Origin: Geosiphon pyriformis uo1
Lineage: Eukaryota > Fungi > Glomeromycota
Assembly (NCBI GenBank): GCA_016748015.1
Contig: JAAOMT010000230.1
Location: 1 to 64,000 of the forward strand
Length of the DNA: 64,000 nucleotides
Direction of reading: 5' to 3'
A program made the position numbers and the translations under genes. The stretch's first letter is position 1, and the number at the start of each line of letters is the position of its first letter. Of the stretch, positions 1 through 14,600 are shown in pieces. The notes under the pieces were generated by a model that ran no database searches, was not told the DNA's origin, and saw only the letters and a program-made list of their open reading frames with translations.

Positions 1-700
1 ATTTTTTGTTTTACTTTTAAAATTAATAAAAATCAGTTAGCTTTAATAAATATTTTGTTATTATCAGATTTAAATTAAATATTATAATTAATATAGTTAT
101 AATAAAATTAGTCTAATTTAATTACTTAAAAAAAAGTTATTTTTTAGCTTTTTGATTTTTTTGGTTATTTAAGTTAATATAAAAAAGATAATAATAAGAA
201 AAAATAGCTTAGTTATTAACTTATTATTAAAGATCTTAAAACTTTTTATGATAATAATAATTAAGACTAGTCTTAAATTATTACTTAAAAAAGACTTTAT
301 ATAAAGAAGAACTTATATTTAAAACTAGCAAAAACTGGCTTTCAATTATTTTATTTAAGAAAAATAATTTTACAAAGTGCTGTCAAACAGCTAATAAAAA
401 TACTACTAATTATTTCAAAAAATAAAGAGATTGCAACTTTTTTACTTTTTGTTCTGATTGTAATTATAAAAATATAAGAAAGAAAAAGTTTTTCTATCTT
501 ATTAATGTTTTTTCCAATATTACATAGTTTAAAGTATTACATAATTTAATTATAATATTTAGTTACATTTGTATTTTAAATAATTAATAATAGTATATGC
601 TAATTAATAATAGAAATTGAAAAAATGTTTTATACTAATTTTAACTTAACATTTTAAAAAAATAAATGAATTAGCTTTTTTGACAACTATGTAATTCTAA
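1..700. other. Extremely AT-rich tract, probably an eroded TE remnant
   Basis: Same composition as the eroded TEs downstream; no motif could be identified. Confidence 0.35.
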
Positions 701-997
701 GGTTTTAAACAAAATTTTGCTTTGTTGTCATTGTTTTTATTAAAACGATGTAAACTTATGCATAAATGATACGCAGAAACATACTTGATCACGGATAAAA
801 CATTGTTATTTGTTACACCACGATGGTAATTAGGATTCCAGTCACCCCCGATGCTTTTTAGAGGTTGAATCAACAATTTCCCCACCTTTTTTCGAAGAAA
901 TACAATCTGCCCGTTTCAGCAATCAACTTGTGTTTATTATACAAGTATTTGGTCCTATAACTCCTGCACTTAGCTTTGAATTTTTACCTTCTTCAAT

Positions 998-1930
998 ATG
1001 AGCACCAGCGAAGCACCCAAGAAAGTGACCCTCAAGAGTTGCGACGAGCACGAATTTAAAGTCGATATAGCTGTTGCTAGCCGTTCCATCTTGCTAAAGA
1101 ATATGATTGAAGGTAAGTTATTACTGTTTTCTTTTTTTGCTCAGTAACTCTTTTCAATTTGTGTTTTCTCGGCTTAGGTTAGGGAGCGAGAAGTTTTTGG
1201 GTCTGGCTTTAATAAAATACATCTAAATTAAAATTTACTTGAATGTCTTACGCGTTAATTCTATCAACAAGACGTTGGAGAGACTGACCAATCTATCCCT
1301 CTTCCAAATGTTAATGAAAAGGTTCTAAAAAAGGCAAGAGGTCCCTTTAATTTTCGTCTATGGATCAATTACTTTATACATTTTAGTTTCGAACCTCGCA
1401 TAGTTTTTCTCTAAACCAATTTTGATTATGCAGGTGCTAGAATGGTGTGAGCATCATGTCAACGATCCCCAACAAAACAATGAGGACGATGACTCTCGTC
1501 GGCGAAATACTGAAATCGATGACTGGGATCAGAAATTTTTGAGCGTCGAGCAAGATATGCTTTTCGAAATAATCTTGGTAAAACAAATCAAAATATCTCG
1601 CGAGACTTTTGAAAATTCATCATTTAGAGCTGATCAAAACATTTTTAATAAAATTGTAGGCTGCTAATTATTTGGATATCAAGCCCTTGTTGTGAGTTTC
1701 AATCGCATTAGTTCCTCAAAGTAAATTGTCGTTTACTTTTTTAAATAAGATTTCTTAACCCATCCCTGTTTTTATTACTTAATAGGGACATTGGGTGCAA
1801 GACCGTTGCTAATATGATTAAAGGAAAGTCTCCAGAAGAAATTCGCACTACATTTAACATTCAGAATGACTTCACTCCTGAGGAGGAAGAACAAATCCGC
1901 AAGGAGAATGAATGGGCAGAAGATCGATAA
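998..1930 (+). CDS. SKP1: SKP1, SCF ubiquitin-ligase adaptor (5 exons: 998-1112, 1272-1333, 1434-1577, 1660-1691, 1786-1930)
   Basis: Manual splicing gives [23 protein letters not shown]...[38 protein letters not shown]...DDWDQKFL...[64 protein letters not shown], the Skp1 signature. Intron 2 needs a GC donor. Confidence 0.97.
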
Positions 1931-2250
1931 ACACGACCATAATACACTTGGCTAAGCGAATTTACATATGACAATCTAGCTTTGATCCAAAAATTGATAA
2001 AAACGAGCATCTTGGAAAGTAAACTTAGCGTTTGGATTAGTATTTCATACATGTTAGGTCATTAGAATAATTTGTTATTCTTCCCTTCTTTTCATTCATA
2101 TCCTTTAATTTCGTTGAACTGCTTCCTTCCTTCAACAGGAATTTTTTATTATGTCAATATCCAATAAAGCTTTATTTATCATATTATCGAATTTCAGTTT
2201 TTGAAATCGAGGAAAAAATTAGTGCGGGCAGTAGAGGTTTTACCATGTGC

Positions 2251-2321
2251 TGCGCCGTCCGGGAATCGAACCCGGGCCTAAAGCTTGGGAAGCTTCAATT
2301 CTGCCACTAAACTAACGGCGC
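2251..2321 (-). tRNA. tRNA-Gly (CCC), intronless
   Basis: Reverse complement is GCGCCGT TA GTTTAGTGGCAGAAT T GAAGC TT CCC AA GCTTT AGGC CCGGG TTCGATT CCCGG ACGGCGC A, a full cloverleaf with A and B boxes. A T6 Pol III terminator lies about 30 nt downstream (about 2213-2218). Confidence 0.96.
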
Positions 2322-3123
2322 TTTTTGAGTCAAAAGTGAATAAATTTTAACCATAATACTATTTTATTTGCAAAAATAAAATATTTCATGAAAGTTTTAT
2401 TTTAACCATTGATATTACTATTTTATTTTTATGAAAATATTTTAGTTATTTGAAAAGTATATAAATCATTAAAAACCCATTTCAATCATTTATAGTTTTA
2501 ATATTATGTATATTAAAAATAACTAGATTTTTCAAATTGTCACATTAATTTTGTAAATAATAAAGTCGATTACTTTAAATTTTTTGAAATCAAATTTATA
2601 TGTAGGTAAATAAAAAAATTATAATAATATATTATTATACAATATCTTGAATCTTTATACAAATTCAAAACAAACTAGATTCAGAATTTTTTCAGAGAAT
2701 TGTTTTAGCCAGGTTAAAAATTGAAAGGCTTTAAAAAAATGGCATGTCGTTTTTTTGATATTCCAAGTTGACTGAAAAGACAATTATTGCGATTGTCTCT
2801 CAAGACTCGGAAAGTACTACCCTTGCGAATATCGAAACTTTGCATGATTTAAATGCTAATCAAGGGAAAAAAAGGGCTATTTCGCCTCGAAAATAATACA
2901 CGAATAAGGCCAGTGAAACAAGGCTCTACAGTCTAACAGCAGGCTTACTTCAGTTTGATTTTGTGAAAATGATTATTAAACCGCATGCTGTGTCCTGACC
3001 TAAAAAATTATGCAATTTCAAATTAAATGTCAAAGCGTAATCTTTGAAAAATGAATTTATAGATTTTATTATCACCTTCTATTTTATACACTCTCAAGAA
3101 TCGAATTTTACATCAGCATGATC

Positions 3124-3559
3124 CTAGTGAGCAATCAACTCTTCCATTTCCCCGTTTCCTAGCATCGCCGCCCAGCCAAAAATCTTCCGGAATTTATCTT
3201 GCAAAATTTGAAATTGTTCAGATTTTTGTTCCTTTGCATTCAAGGGTTTTCCTGTGACAAAATTTTTTTAAAATCCTGGTAAACCGATAAGGCAATTACA
3301 TTATTACTCACCTTGTGTATTTTCCAGAAGTTTGATCAAAGCTTCGCCGGCCAAGATAGAGGGAGGTTGGGGCTTGAAATGACCAAGTTCCTTTCCATTA
3401 GAAGGCATTGCCATTTTCTTAGCCTTTTCGGATTTTTTGGGCCTTTTAATTTCATTAGCTTTTTCGGCTTTTTTGGCTTGCCTTTTCTTCACTTTGTCCT
3501 CTCGTGTAGATAGAGACTTGTATCTTCGCCAACACTAAAAATTAATTATCATTGAGTAG

Positions 3560-3657
<98 letters not shown>

Positions 3658-5797
3658 GTTATTATTATTATTAATATCTCTAAAGCGGAATAGTAATTCA
3701 AAATAATTTACCTGATTATCTGTTCGCCCTTTACTTATTCGTGTAGCAATTCTGGACCAATTGCCCACTCCGATTTCCTTTACTAAATTTATGAGAAGTT
3801 CATCCTCCTTAAGAATTCGTTTGAAAATTCCCAAAATTAAAGTTAGACGTGAGAAATAATGAGCTGATCCTAAAATCTTTTCACGGCATATAAAAATACC
3901 TCCGCTGTCCATTTTTCTTTGTTCAGACTGGGGTCCAAAACATTTGTCCACCTTTCGCGACATTGAACATCTGTTCTACCGAGAACGTATTTTTGAACTT
4001 TAACCCATCTCCCAACGCCATACACTTTGACTGCATTTCTTAGAGCCTGAAAATAGGCAACAGTTATTATTTGTGGTTTCAAATCCAAAACTATTTGTCC
4101 TTATATATTTCATATATTTGTAATTGACATAATCTCTCTTCTTCATAATCTACCTCGTCTTCTTCTGGCTCCCATCGCCCGTTCCGAATCTCAGGGGTCA
4201 GAGATTTTGTCCACCTGTGCATACATTGTTGGCCAGTTCGATCGTCAAGGCAATGAGCCACTATCAAAAATATGAAAAATGCTCAAGCGTATGAATACTT
4301 TCTTGAAAAAAAAAAAAAGACAAATTCTGTTTTCACCTTGTTGCCAATTTTTTTCCCCATATAAATCAACAGCTTCAATAAGAATCCTATCTTCTTCTTC
4401 CGTCCACTTTCTGTTAATGGTGTGAGATCATTGAGGATATTAGTAAAAGTTGAGAACCGGGATTAACCATTTATATATATATCAGAATATCTGCTCATGG
4501 TGAAAAAGATTCATAAGCTACCGTCTGACAGCAACTTGTTTAGACCATTCCTTAAAACAAGCGGCCGCTGTTCTATTATTCTAAAAATTTTGAGAATAGC
4601 TGATGATAAGGTAGTAGGTGAATTGAGAAGCCATACTACTACCACCAAAGGCTGAAAATTACCCCGTGCGCTATGGCAATCTTTTTCCAGTCTCTTCGAT
4701 TGTGCCTGTCTGCCACGGAACGTAGATTAGTTACTTCTGCTTTGCTCCAAGGACCTTCATTGACCAAAGGGTGATCATGATTTGTCCATTGTATAAGGCA
4801 TTCAGCAGGGGTTCTTGATGGAAGCTGTAATGATTAGAAGGCGATAAAATTGAAATAGATCTTCATCTGCAAATAGGTTAATAAGAGAAACATTCTCTTC
4901 TTACATATCTCTTTGCTTGCTGTTCGAATTGTAAGTCTTGGACGTTATCGAGAATTTGTTGATCAGAAAAGTGTACGACATCTTTGTAACTCCGGTTACT
5001 AGAAAGTTGAATAAAGTAGTATCGTGATAAATATGTATTGCTTCAATTGAAAAGCCTAAACCTTTCATTGATGGCCTACCAACGAGATAATTCAACTTAC
5101 CTGGCCATAAGTTTCTTTGCTAATAGTTTCATGTTACGTTCTTTTACCGCCTTGGCTAAAAGGGCTTTTTCCGAAGCCAACCCTAACTCCATGCCAAATA
5201 AGATGAGATTCTTGATTGGTAAGTTGTGAAATTTTACACGAAAATTACGTCCTTACATCTCTGGGACTTTGGAAGTGTCGCTGGAATGTTACGCTTTTTA
5301 ATTGTGTCTTCGTTATCGGGTGGGGTCTGTGAATAAAACGTAACAGATTGAATTAATACTGCTGAGACCTAAAAAATACTAGAGGTGTACACAAATCAAA
5401 GGGTACTCGCTTCGTTGTTTTTGTCAACAAAAAAAGGTGGTCCGAAAAACGGGACATTTCTTGTATTGAGCTCGGACTTTGTTTTTGGTGATTCTTTGTT
5501 TTCTTCTTCATGTTTTAACTCTTTTAGACGACTCTGTTTTACTTTAGAATTTCACAGCAAGAGAATGGATCGAAAGAATTACCGAGGAAAAGGGCTAGAG
5601 TTCAGTACCTGGAGGCCCAGATTTCTTTTTCTAGACTCCTCAAAGGCTAATAATCTTTCCTTTATTTTTAATTGAAGTTGCCTATTTAGCTCCAACGCTT
5701 TGAGGATATTTTGTTTTTTATTTTCAACAGTGTCCAAAGTTGCACTCTCACAACCCATGGGATCGTCTACGCGTAAGGTGGAAGCGTTCTCGTCCAT
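3124..5797 (-). CDS. Multi-repeat Myb protein, SNAPC4/SNAP190-like (multi-exon)
   Basis: N-terminal coiled coil KALELNRQLQ. Tandem Myb repeats: KWTEEEDRILIEAVDLYGEKNWQQ, ALRNAVKVYGVGRWVKVQKYVLGRTDVQCRERW, WTAEEDELL...GNWSRIATRISKGRTDNQCWRRY. C-terminal FQILQDKFRKIFGWAAMLG resembles the SNAPC4 C-terminal motif. The introns checked are GT-AG. Confidence 0.8.
3562..3656. repeat. (GAT)n microsatellite inside a Myb-gene intron
   Basis: About 32 perfect GAT units between the GT donor at about 3710 and the AG acceptor at about 3535. Confidence 0.95.
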
Positions 5798-6442
5798 GAT
5801 GTTATTAGTTGTAATGAGTCTAAAAAGGTGGTATTTCAATGACTGAATCAAAAATTTGTGCGAATCAATCAAAACCCCGTGACGTATCGCCTCACATGTA
5901 GAGCTTTTATAATAGGGTTAGGATAAAATCTTTACAATTCATTTCAAACTCGGTAATAATTACACGTTTCAAAATCAAAAGGGCCCAAATTTATATTCGA
6001 AAACTTATGCGAAAAAATTAGATAGTGTGACCCCGACTGACAATGAGAGGGTAATACTGACATGAAGAGGAGCATTTGAACAAAATAATAATAATTGATC
6101 TGGGAAAAACTAACACCAAAACTCAAAGGAATAGATGTGACGAGAGAAGACAGTAGATGAGCGCAGATAGCGAACGACAGGAAAGGTCGTCTTTTGCAAT
6201 GGACAACCTCCCACTTTTTCTCATTCCGTGCTCGATCACCTCAATAGAAATATCAACAAGATCCTCATCATCAACTTTGATTCTCCTTTCAGGTTAATAA
6301 TCTGTTGTTCTATCTTCTCGAAATGATTAATGTGTATTTCATGAATTAAGGGTTTCTCAATTCAACTAATTTCACTTGATAAATGATAATAATTTAGTTT
6401 TTGCCTCACAGATCACCGGATTCCAGATCATTAATAGTTGAC

Positions 6443-7707
6443 TCAAGATAGTATAGGTAAGAACTGTATGTAAAATAATGAGAAAACTTTGGGTTAGGAA
6501 ATAGAAATAGAAATAGAAATAGAATAGTTGGATCGATTAGACGGTGTTTCATACTCACATTGCCCACCACAGCAAGTGGAATATCAAAAATATCACGTTT
6601 AATTGTGAAACAAAAGGTGCATGGTACCGGCCTTCCTTGGGGACTCACTAGGATACAAGGGCTCATTATTGAAGGGGTGCAATTATCAAAGGCGTGAGCC
6701 GCAAATTTTTCCCAATATTCTACAGCCGATTGATTATCCATTACCTGGGAAAGAAAATAATATCGAAGAAAATTTCAGCTTTTGGGTAAAAAAGCCAGAC
6801 AGACGAGCGTCAGGGAATTAAAATCTACCTCGTAAATGTACATGGCTTTTCCTAGTAGCTGCTCCCGGGACCATTGGGTAAGCAAAGAGAATTCCTTTCC
6901 TACTAAGGCGATTTGTCCTGTACGACGCCATACAACAGTCGGCGTACCGGAGAAACTGATTAGCTTATCGAATTCCTGAAAATCGTGAAAAAGCAGAAAA
7001 AGGTTAAAATTTTAATTGGTAGAAAAACTATTTTTTTTTACGGAAAACTTACTATTAAAAGGGGAATTAATAATTGTTTCACGAACCAATAATGTCCTTT
7101 GAAAGCATTTTTCCATGAATATTAGATCCTCTTCCGTGAGATTCATGATTAATGCGATGAATGAAGGTCTAAAAGTGGCCAAGGCATGAACTATACGTTT
7201 AATATGTTCCTTATCCATTCTAGAGGATGGGAAAAACAAATGTGGAATGAGGATATCTGAAAAAGAGTTACGGCACGGCACATTCACACACATGGTTTAT
7301 TACCTCTCGCGGACCCACTTGACAAGATAATGAAATCCTTCGGTGTAAGAGAAAGGTTTTGTCACATTCCCGTAAACGTTTTGGGGTGTATTTATACTAG
7401 ATTTTCTTTTACTGCCATTGGTGTCTCTTTTCAAACCGTTATTTAAAGCGCCAGGGATTGTTGTGTTAACAGGGGTCGTGGTTGCCGTTGTTGGCCAGGA
7501 ATGATCCATCATATCCATGTTGGCGAAACCAGGATGTGAGGCTATTCCCTCGGGTGAAGCCGAGTTTAACATATGGTTCAACATTGAATATTCCATCGTG
7601 ACAGCTTCTGAACCAAACCCATAGTTTGCAGTTGTCAAGGGAAAGTACATATTCGTAGGATCAGTTAAATTTCCAGCTGTGAGAGTTAAATTATTAAAAT
7701 TATTAAA

Positions 7708-7757
<50 letters not shown>

Positions 7758-8707
7758 TTGGCTTAAGTGAAATCGGAAAAATAATAATTTCTTTCACTAT
7801 ATCCGGGAACGAATTTCGTTTTAGGCTTGAAAACCAGGTGCCGACTCGATTTCTCACCCCATGACAAAGGAATAACGCGAAGTTCGCGCTACCACTTTGT
7901 CAAAAGCCTAAAAATCGTCGACTTATAAATGTCTGACATACTTGATTTCACAACTCTACCTCAGTGAGAAGACAGATCTTCTAAATAACTTAGCAGGAGC
8001 AGCAGCAGCAGCAGCAAGTTGCCATGATGATTTTGGTAAGAATACTCACTGGGGGGTTGTTGGAATCCGTTATGCATAAAAACGCTCTGATTTGTGGTTG
8101 GTAGAACTGGATTTGACGAAGAATCATAGAATTCCATAAGAGGGTGATTAAGAATATGAGGATTGTAAGGAAAAGGTGTCGGAGAAAAAGGAGTTGATGG
8201 TGGAGTGGATGGAGTATTTACAAATTGGGATAATAGGAGAGGTGGTAGGGTGTGGAGTTGCAACGGTGGTGGAATAGGACGTTCGGTTGTTGATGAGGGT
8301 AACAGTGATTGATTTTGTGGTTCAACCAAAGGTGTAACCGAGGTTTTTGGTAGTTGTGAGGATGATGATGATGATAATGATGATGATGATGGTGATGATG
8401 ATGATGATGGTTGTGGTTGTGGTTGTGGTGGTAGGGGCGATTGAGATAAACGCTATAAAAATAAAAAGGAATTTGAGAAAAAGTATAAGCTTACATGGAA
8501 AAAAAGCTATGAATAAAGAATTTTTTCAAAATAAATAAATCAATTAATGAACGAATGTAAAGATGTGACAGCTAGATAAATTGGATATAAAAACATACAA
8601 TTGGTTGGCCAAAATAATTATGAAGAGAAAATGGTGTTTGAGATAGATCAGTTTTGTAATTATCACAACAATCAAAATCGACGTGATGGTGGTGGTGGTG
8701 GTGGTGG

Positions 8708-8771
<64 letters not shown>

Positions 8772-9677
8772 GCATTAATCGAGATGATGATTTTGATTGT
8801 GATTTTTGTGATCGTTCCAATTGAATTTGTCGTTGATCGGAATGTGGCGGCAACAATGTTGTTTGATCAGAAGTAAGTTGAGGGGTAATATACACTATTG
8901 GTTAGTAAAAAATTGAAATTCAATAGTAAGAAATATTCCCCCCGAAAACAAATGCAAGTACGATGGCCGCAAACAAAAGCCGGTCGTCTTGCATGTGTTT
9001 TTTTTTAAAAAAAATAAATAAATAAATAATCGCGGGGTCAAAGGTAATTGACTCGACTAAAAATTCAGGAAAATTGCGCACCATCATAATTCGAGTCTTG
9101 CAAGTATTTTGCTTTTTTGCGTATTCCATCTGTACAGGTGGGTGCCAGATCTCGTTTTATACATCGTTGACAAGGTCTTGCTGGGGAGAGAGAGAGAGAG
9201 AGAGAGAAAAGTTGAAATATTAGGTATTAAAAATCGGGAAATTTTTGATTTCGGATGAAAATCATAAAAAATAAATGATATTTCGATCAATAAAGATTCA
9301 CAAAAAAAACTCCCCGCGAGAAAACCCAAAGGGAAAAAAAATCAACAATCTAAAGTTCTGCCCACGATTGTGCGGTAACCACGCCCAAAGATCCTCTGAC
9401 GAAAGAGTGATCACCACACAATCCGACTTTACTAAATTAATACGCAACAAAGAACGGTAATAGGAAAAAGAAAGAATAGGGAAAATGGTGAAAAATACTT
9501 ACAGTCATCACAGGTTAGGTGAGCTTTTTGACAGTGGAAACAAGCACGAGTTGCTTTTTTTCTACGGGGTGGGGGACTTGTCTCGGTATGCTCGGAACTT
9601 GAAGTTTGAGCACTTTCTGGAGGCTCTTTATCTTTGCTATTCGGGGTGTTATTCATAATGGTGGTTTGATTAATCAT
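6443..9677 (-). CDS. Zn(II)2Cys6-PAS transcription factor, ERT1/AcuK gluconeogenesis-activator family
   Basis: [21 protein letters not shown]|[25 protein letters not shown]. Central [14 protein letters not shown] and [29 protein letters not shown]-terminal [14 protein letters not shown]...[24 protein letters not shown]|FLPILS* (last exon 6443-6463). Start is ATG 9677 or 9656. Confidence 0.9.
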
Positions 9678-9983
9678 ATAGGATAGCTTATTATTATATT
9701 GCCTTAGACACACACAGTTTTTGCCTTTTTCAATTTTTGACTAACAAGAAAGAAGCAGCGGAACGATCTCAAAAAATAAATTAATAAAGCACTAAAAATC
9801 GTCTAAAAGAAAGAGTTTTTAAAAATGAGGTATTGTTTCAAGGATAATAACTTGAGAAGAGAAAATTTTTTCTTTAAAATAAAATATAAAGAGATCAAAA
9901 ATTATCAAATAGAAAATCGAAAGACAATTTGATTTATTAAATCAAGGTTCTTTGATTATATATATAGGAAAAACTGTCAAATG

Positions 9984-10017
<34 letters not shown>

Positions 10018-10344
10018 TTTATTATTATTATTATTAAAGGAAAAGGAAAAGGCTCATTAGCAAATGATATTTCTAAAAGAAATATTTTTAAATATATACG
10101 CGTAGTTGATAATGACGAAAGAGTTTTTTATAAAAATTAGATTTATATTATTGTGTGTACAACAACTTGATTGAATTGTCTTTTCTTTTCTTTTTTCTTT
10201 TTTTTTTTTTTCAGATCTTAATTCTCATGGCCTAGGCAAGTGACGGTTAAAATATCTGTAACAGTACATTTTTAATGAATTTATATTTATTTTAGAGGTT
10301 TTATACGATTATGTATTTATTTTAATGAAAAGAAAGAAAGAAAG

Positions 10345-10377
<33 letters not shown>

Positions 10378-10409
10378 ATTGTTGTTNNNNNNNNNNNNNN
10401 NNNNNNGAT

Positions 10410-10463
<54 letters not shown>

Positions 10464-11270
10464 ATACAAAACTTGAATCATCAAATTTTCCTGAATTAGG
10501 AAAAACGACAAAAAAAAATATATTCAAGAATAGAAGATTATTATTATTATTATTATTATTTTACTATTTCAAAAAAGAATCCAACCAATCACTGATTCGA
10601 TTGCTATCGTTCATATATGAAGAGTAGATTGACAATCAAAAAAAAAAAAATTTTTATTTATTTTGATTGGAATTCAAAATTTCTAATGATCGAAAAATCT
10701 AGCATGACACCGAGAAAAGTTAATTAAAAAAAAAAAAAGATTTAAATGAAAAATGACGAGAAAAGCAGGTCAAAAGAGATTCCAAAAATTTTTAGAGGGA
10801 GTACAAATTGATGCATTAAGAATAAACAATGAAAATAAAAAAATAAAAAATAAAAGCGAATATCAAATTTTTAATCAGGGATGATTTTCATAATAAAAAT
10901 TTTTGCAAGAACCAATCATAACTAAAGTTTAAAAAAAATTAAACAAAATTTTTTGAAACATGCAATCATTAAAAAGAAAAAAGGTTAAGGGTGTTTGAGA
11001 AATTTGAAAGAATGATTCACCCAATATCTCCGAGTAATTTTTTGATCGTAAATTGGAATCAATTCAAGGAGCGATTTTAAAAAATCCGAAAAACCTTTTG
11101 GGTTATTTTATGTGTATTTCAATTTTAATTTAAAAATCATTATAATCTAGTGACCTTGAAGGTTAAAAAACGTAAGAAACAAAAAAATCTCAACATGATC
11201 AAATTCCATTCTGAAAGAGCATTCCCCAGTTGTTGTTGTTGTTGTTGTTGTCGTTGCTGCTGTTATTATT

Positions 11271-11305
<35 letters not shown>

Positions 11306-14300
11306 TACTGTTGTTGTTGTTGTTGTTGTTGTTGATTGAGCGTCTGAATTAAAACTTTTAAACCCTGTATTTCAACAAATCATCTGGAAAGAGAAGTTTA
11401 ACCTGGCAATTTCCAAAGTTTTTTTCGATTGCTCTTTTCAATAAATATAAATATCAATATCAATATCAATATCAATATCAACAGTTTGTATTTTAATCAC
11501 TGAAATAAAGAATAATATAATGTAATAATAAATTACAGGATGGAAAAGTTAGTAAATCTTGGAAGTCTATTATTTTAAAGGGATGGTTTTAATATGATTG
11601 TTATTGTTTATAACTAGATTTTTTTTGTTCTATTGGTATCACTGTTTAAAAAGCTTTTTACCTGTTTTTTCAATATGATAACATTTTGGAAATTTCTCAA
11701 GATTTTTTTTGTATAAAGTGTTTTATTTAGAGCATGTTCGACTAGAAAGACAACAATTAAACAATGACATGAATTATAACGTGAATTTCAATATATTGTG
11801 TTCAAATAATGTTGAGAGATTTACATTTGACATCAGGTAATCAAAATTAGCAAAAGAGCATACTACTACTACTACTACTACTACTACTATTACTACTACT
11901 ACTACTATTACAATTACTATTACTATTACTACTACTATTACTAAAGACAAAGGAAGATTAAGACACATGTAGATGTGCATAATTTGTTCTTATGGACAGA
12001 ACGAAAAGAATATTCTTTGACATCAAAAAAAATTTTTTAATTTTTCAATGAAAGCTCTAATCAAAGATCGGGAAACCAAAAAAGAATTAATAAATGATAA
12101 TTCTAAAAGAATCTGTATCACCTTCTACATAACTTATTTTATTATAATGATTTTTTTACGTCATCATGCATTTTAATTTATCATTGCTTTCGTTATCAAA
12201 AATTTGAGGTTAAAACTTTGTAAAATGGGACGAGAAAATCTGATTCCAAAATATCTTTCGATTCTTTGCACCCCCACCTCGCAACCTTTTTGCACTCACC
12301 AACCAAAATTTAACTGATACGCAGAAACATGGAATATTTTTTGAAAGGAAAAATTTAGGAATTTCTAACCCATTCACGTTTTTTCTTATTAGAAAAAGGT
12401 CATTCTTCACCGACTAGCTTTTTTATTGATTAAATTATCCACAGTTGGTGTGCATTTATGTGCATCGTTATTTATGAGTCAAAGTGTGTATGCTAAGTCA
12501 TACCTGATGTTACATTGTATGCTCAATGCTCCCATAATGATGATGATGATGATGATGATGATGACTATGACTATGACTATGATTATGATGATTATGATGA
12601 TTATGATGATTATGATTATTATTATTATTGTTATTATTGAAAAGCATCAACAATGCATTCCTCCATTTGTGATGACGTGAAATGGTGCGCTTTGTAAAAT
12701 TTACATCACTCAATTTGCCACATGGGGGGGGGGGGGGATTCTTTTTCATAAACCTTAAAAATTGCAGAGGAAAGATTGACCGATCCACGTTTTGTCCAAG
12801 CGTGATATCAACTGATTTTCGTTTTTCATTGTCAACCAAACCAACCAACCAACCAACCAACCAACCGACCAACCATCGAATTAAAAGCATCATCACCGTT
12901 CGGTTGGTCGACCCTTTCCGCTCGGGACCATTTGAGATTATAATTGTCCTGAGAATATTGGTATAATCTTGAATGAAAATTTCATTTTATGCCATGCCAT
13001 GCCATGCCATGCTATGCTATGCTATGCTAATCTATACTAATCTAATCTTAATTGAAAAAGCCGATAATTAAACCCCAACAAAATCTTGATTGAAAAAACA
13101 ATTCAAATTTTCGGTTTAAACTTTACCTGATACTTCCGTCTTTAATTTTCCCGTTACTACATAAACTCATAATCCTATTAAATTTATGAGGGTTCGGAAT
13201 ATCTGTTATTAATTATATTTCACATGTTTCTATCATTACTGATTTGAGATTTTTTTTTTCTTTTTTTTTTTTACCATCTTTCTCAAACCTTTTAACTAGC
13301 TTTTATTTTACAATTCCCCTTATAACAGATAAAAAAAATTTTTTTTTTTTTTTTCCAAGAAAAGACAAACACCCCCAAAATTTGCACCACAAATTACCGT
13401 CCCGCCAAAATACATATTTCAAGTTTTATAATTTGTTTGTTTTGCTGAAATTGATAATGAAATTATCAATGAATTCAATCATTCAATTAATCGATTAAAT
13501 GAAAAACAAATTCCTTTTCCAACAAAACTTTAGACAATGTTAAACAGATGAATCTATGAAAGATAAAAAAATCTACAGTGAAAAATGATTTTAGATCTAG
13601 ATTAGCGAATTCATGTTTGTACTTCCAACCAAAATTTTTTTTTAAAAAGAAAACTTGAAATACCAACTTTTTCTTAACTATTAATCTTCAATCTTATCTT
13701 ATCTTAAAAATTCTTTTTAAAATCATTGCGTCAATTAAACGTTATTCAAGGATGTTACCGAATTGAGTTGAGAATTCGCCTATACTTGATGAACTTGTAC
13801 ACATGAACACACACACACACACAAAGAACCCCTGTGTTTGAAACATTTAAATAATCTTTCTATGTATCATCTATGTATGTATGTATGTATGTATGTATGT
13901 ATGTATGTTTAAACTTCTTAGTGGTCAAAATTCTTCTTTCGACATTCCACTTTTAAAAGTTTAGTTTATAGCTTGGAAAAACTTTGAGAACATTTTGTTT
14001 GATCAGTTATTAATCGTCAATAATCACCCATACATCGAATCACTGATCCTAATATTTGATACGCAAAAGTGATATGTTCGCACGCGATATCAATTTGAGC
14101 TTTTTTAATATATCACCTGAAAATCATTATACTAATTCTTTGATCATTAATTTTAAAAAAAAGTTTTTGTAATCATTAAAAAAGCGCGCGTGCACAATAA
14201 AATTTTGTTCCATGTTAAAAACTTTTGAAAATCTTCCCCCTATCATTTTTTTCGACAATGATTTCACCAAAAAGTTCCTGAGAATTTTTTGCCCCACCCA

Positions 14301-14509
14301 TGTGAACATCAACAATTGAATCATCAAACATACAAATACAGACCAAAACGTATCCATGATATGAAAATTACCATGTCCTTGAAAGTCTAAAATAATAATA
14401 TACACAATTCATCTCGTCCTACTCAATATATATATATTTTTTTTTACAAAAAACATATCGGCATGACATATTTACCAAAGAGAAATAACAATAACAATAA
14501 TGATAATAA

Positions 14510-14513
14510 CAAC

Positions 14514-14600
<87 letters not shown>
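14510..14600. repeat. (TAA)n microsatellite in the long intergenic region
   Basis: Long perfect TAA run, one of many simple repeats between 9.9 and 15.2 kb. Confidence 0.9.

Noticed and set aside
2866-3000. AAAAAGGGCT start resembling the U11 snRNA 5' end
   Set aside because: No convincing U11 stem-loops, ATCAAGA loop or Sm site downstream.
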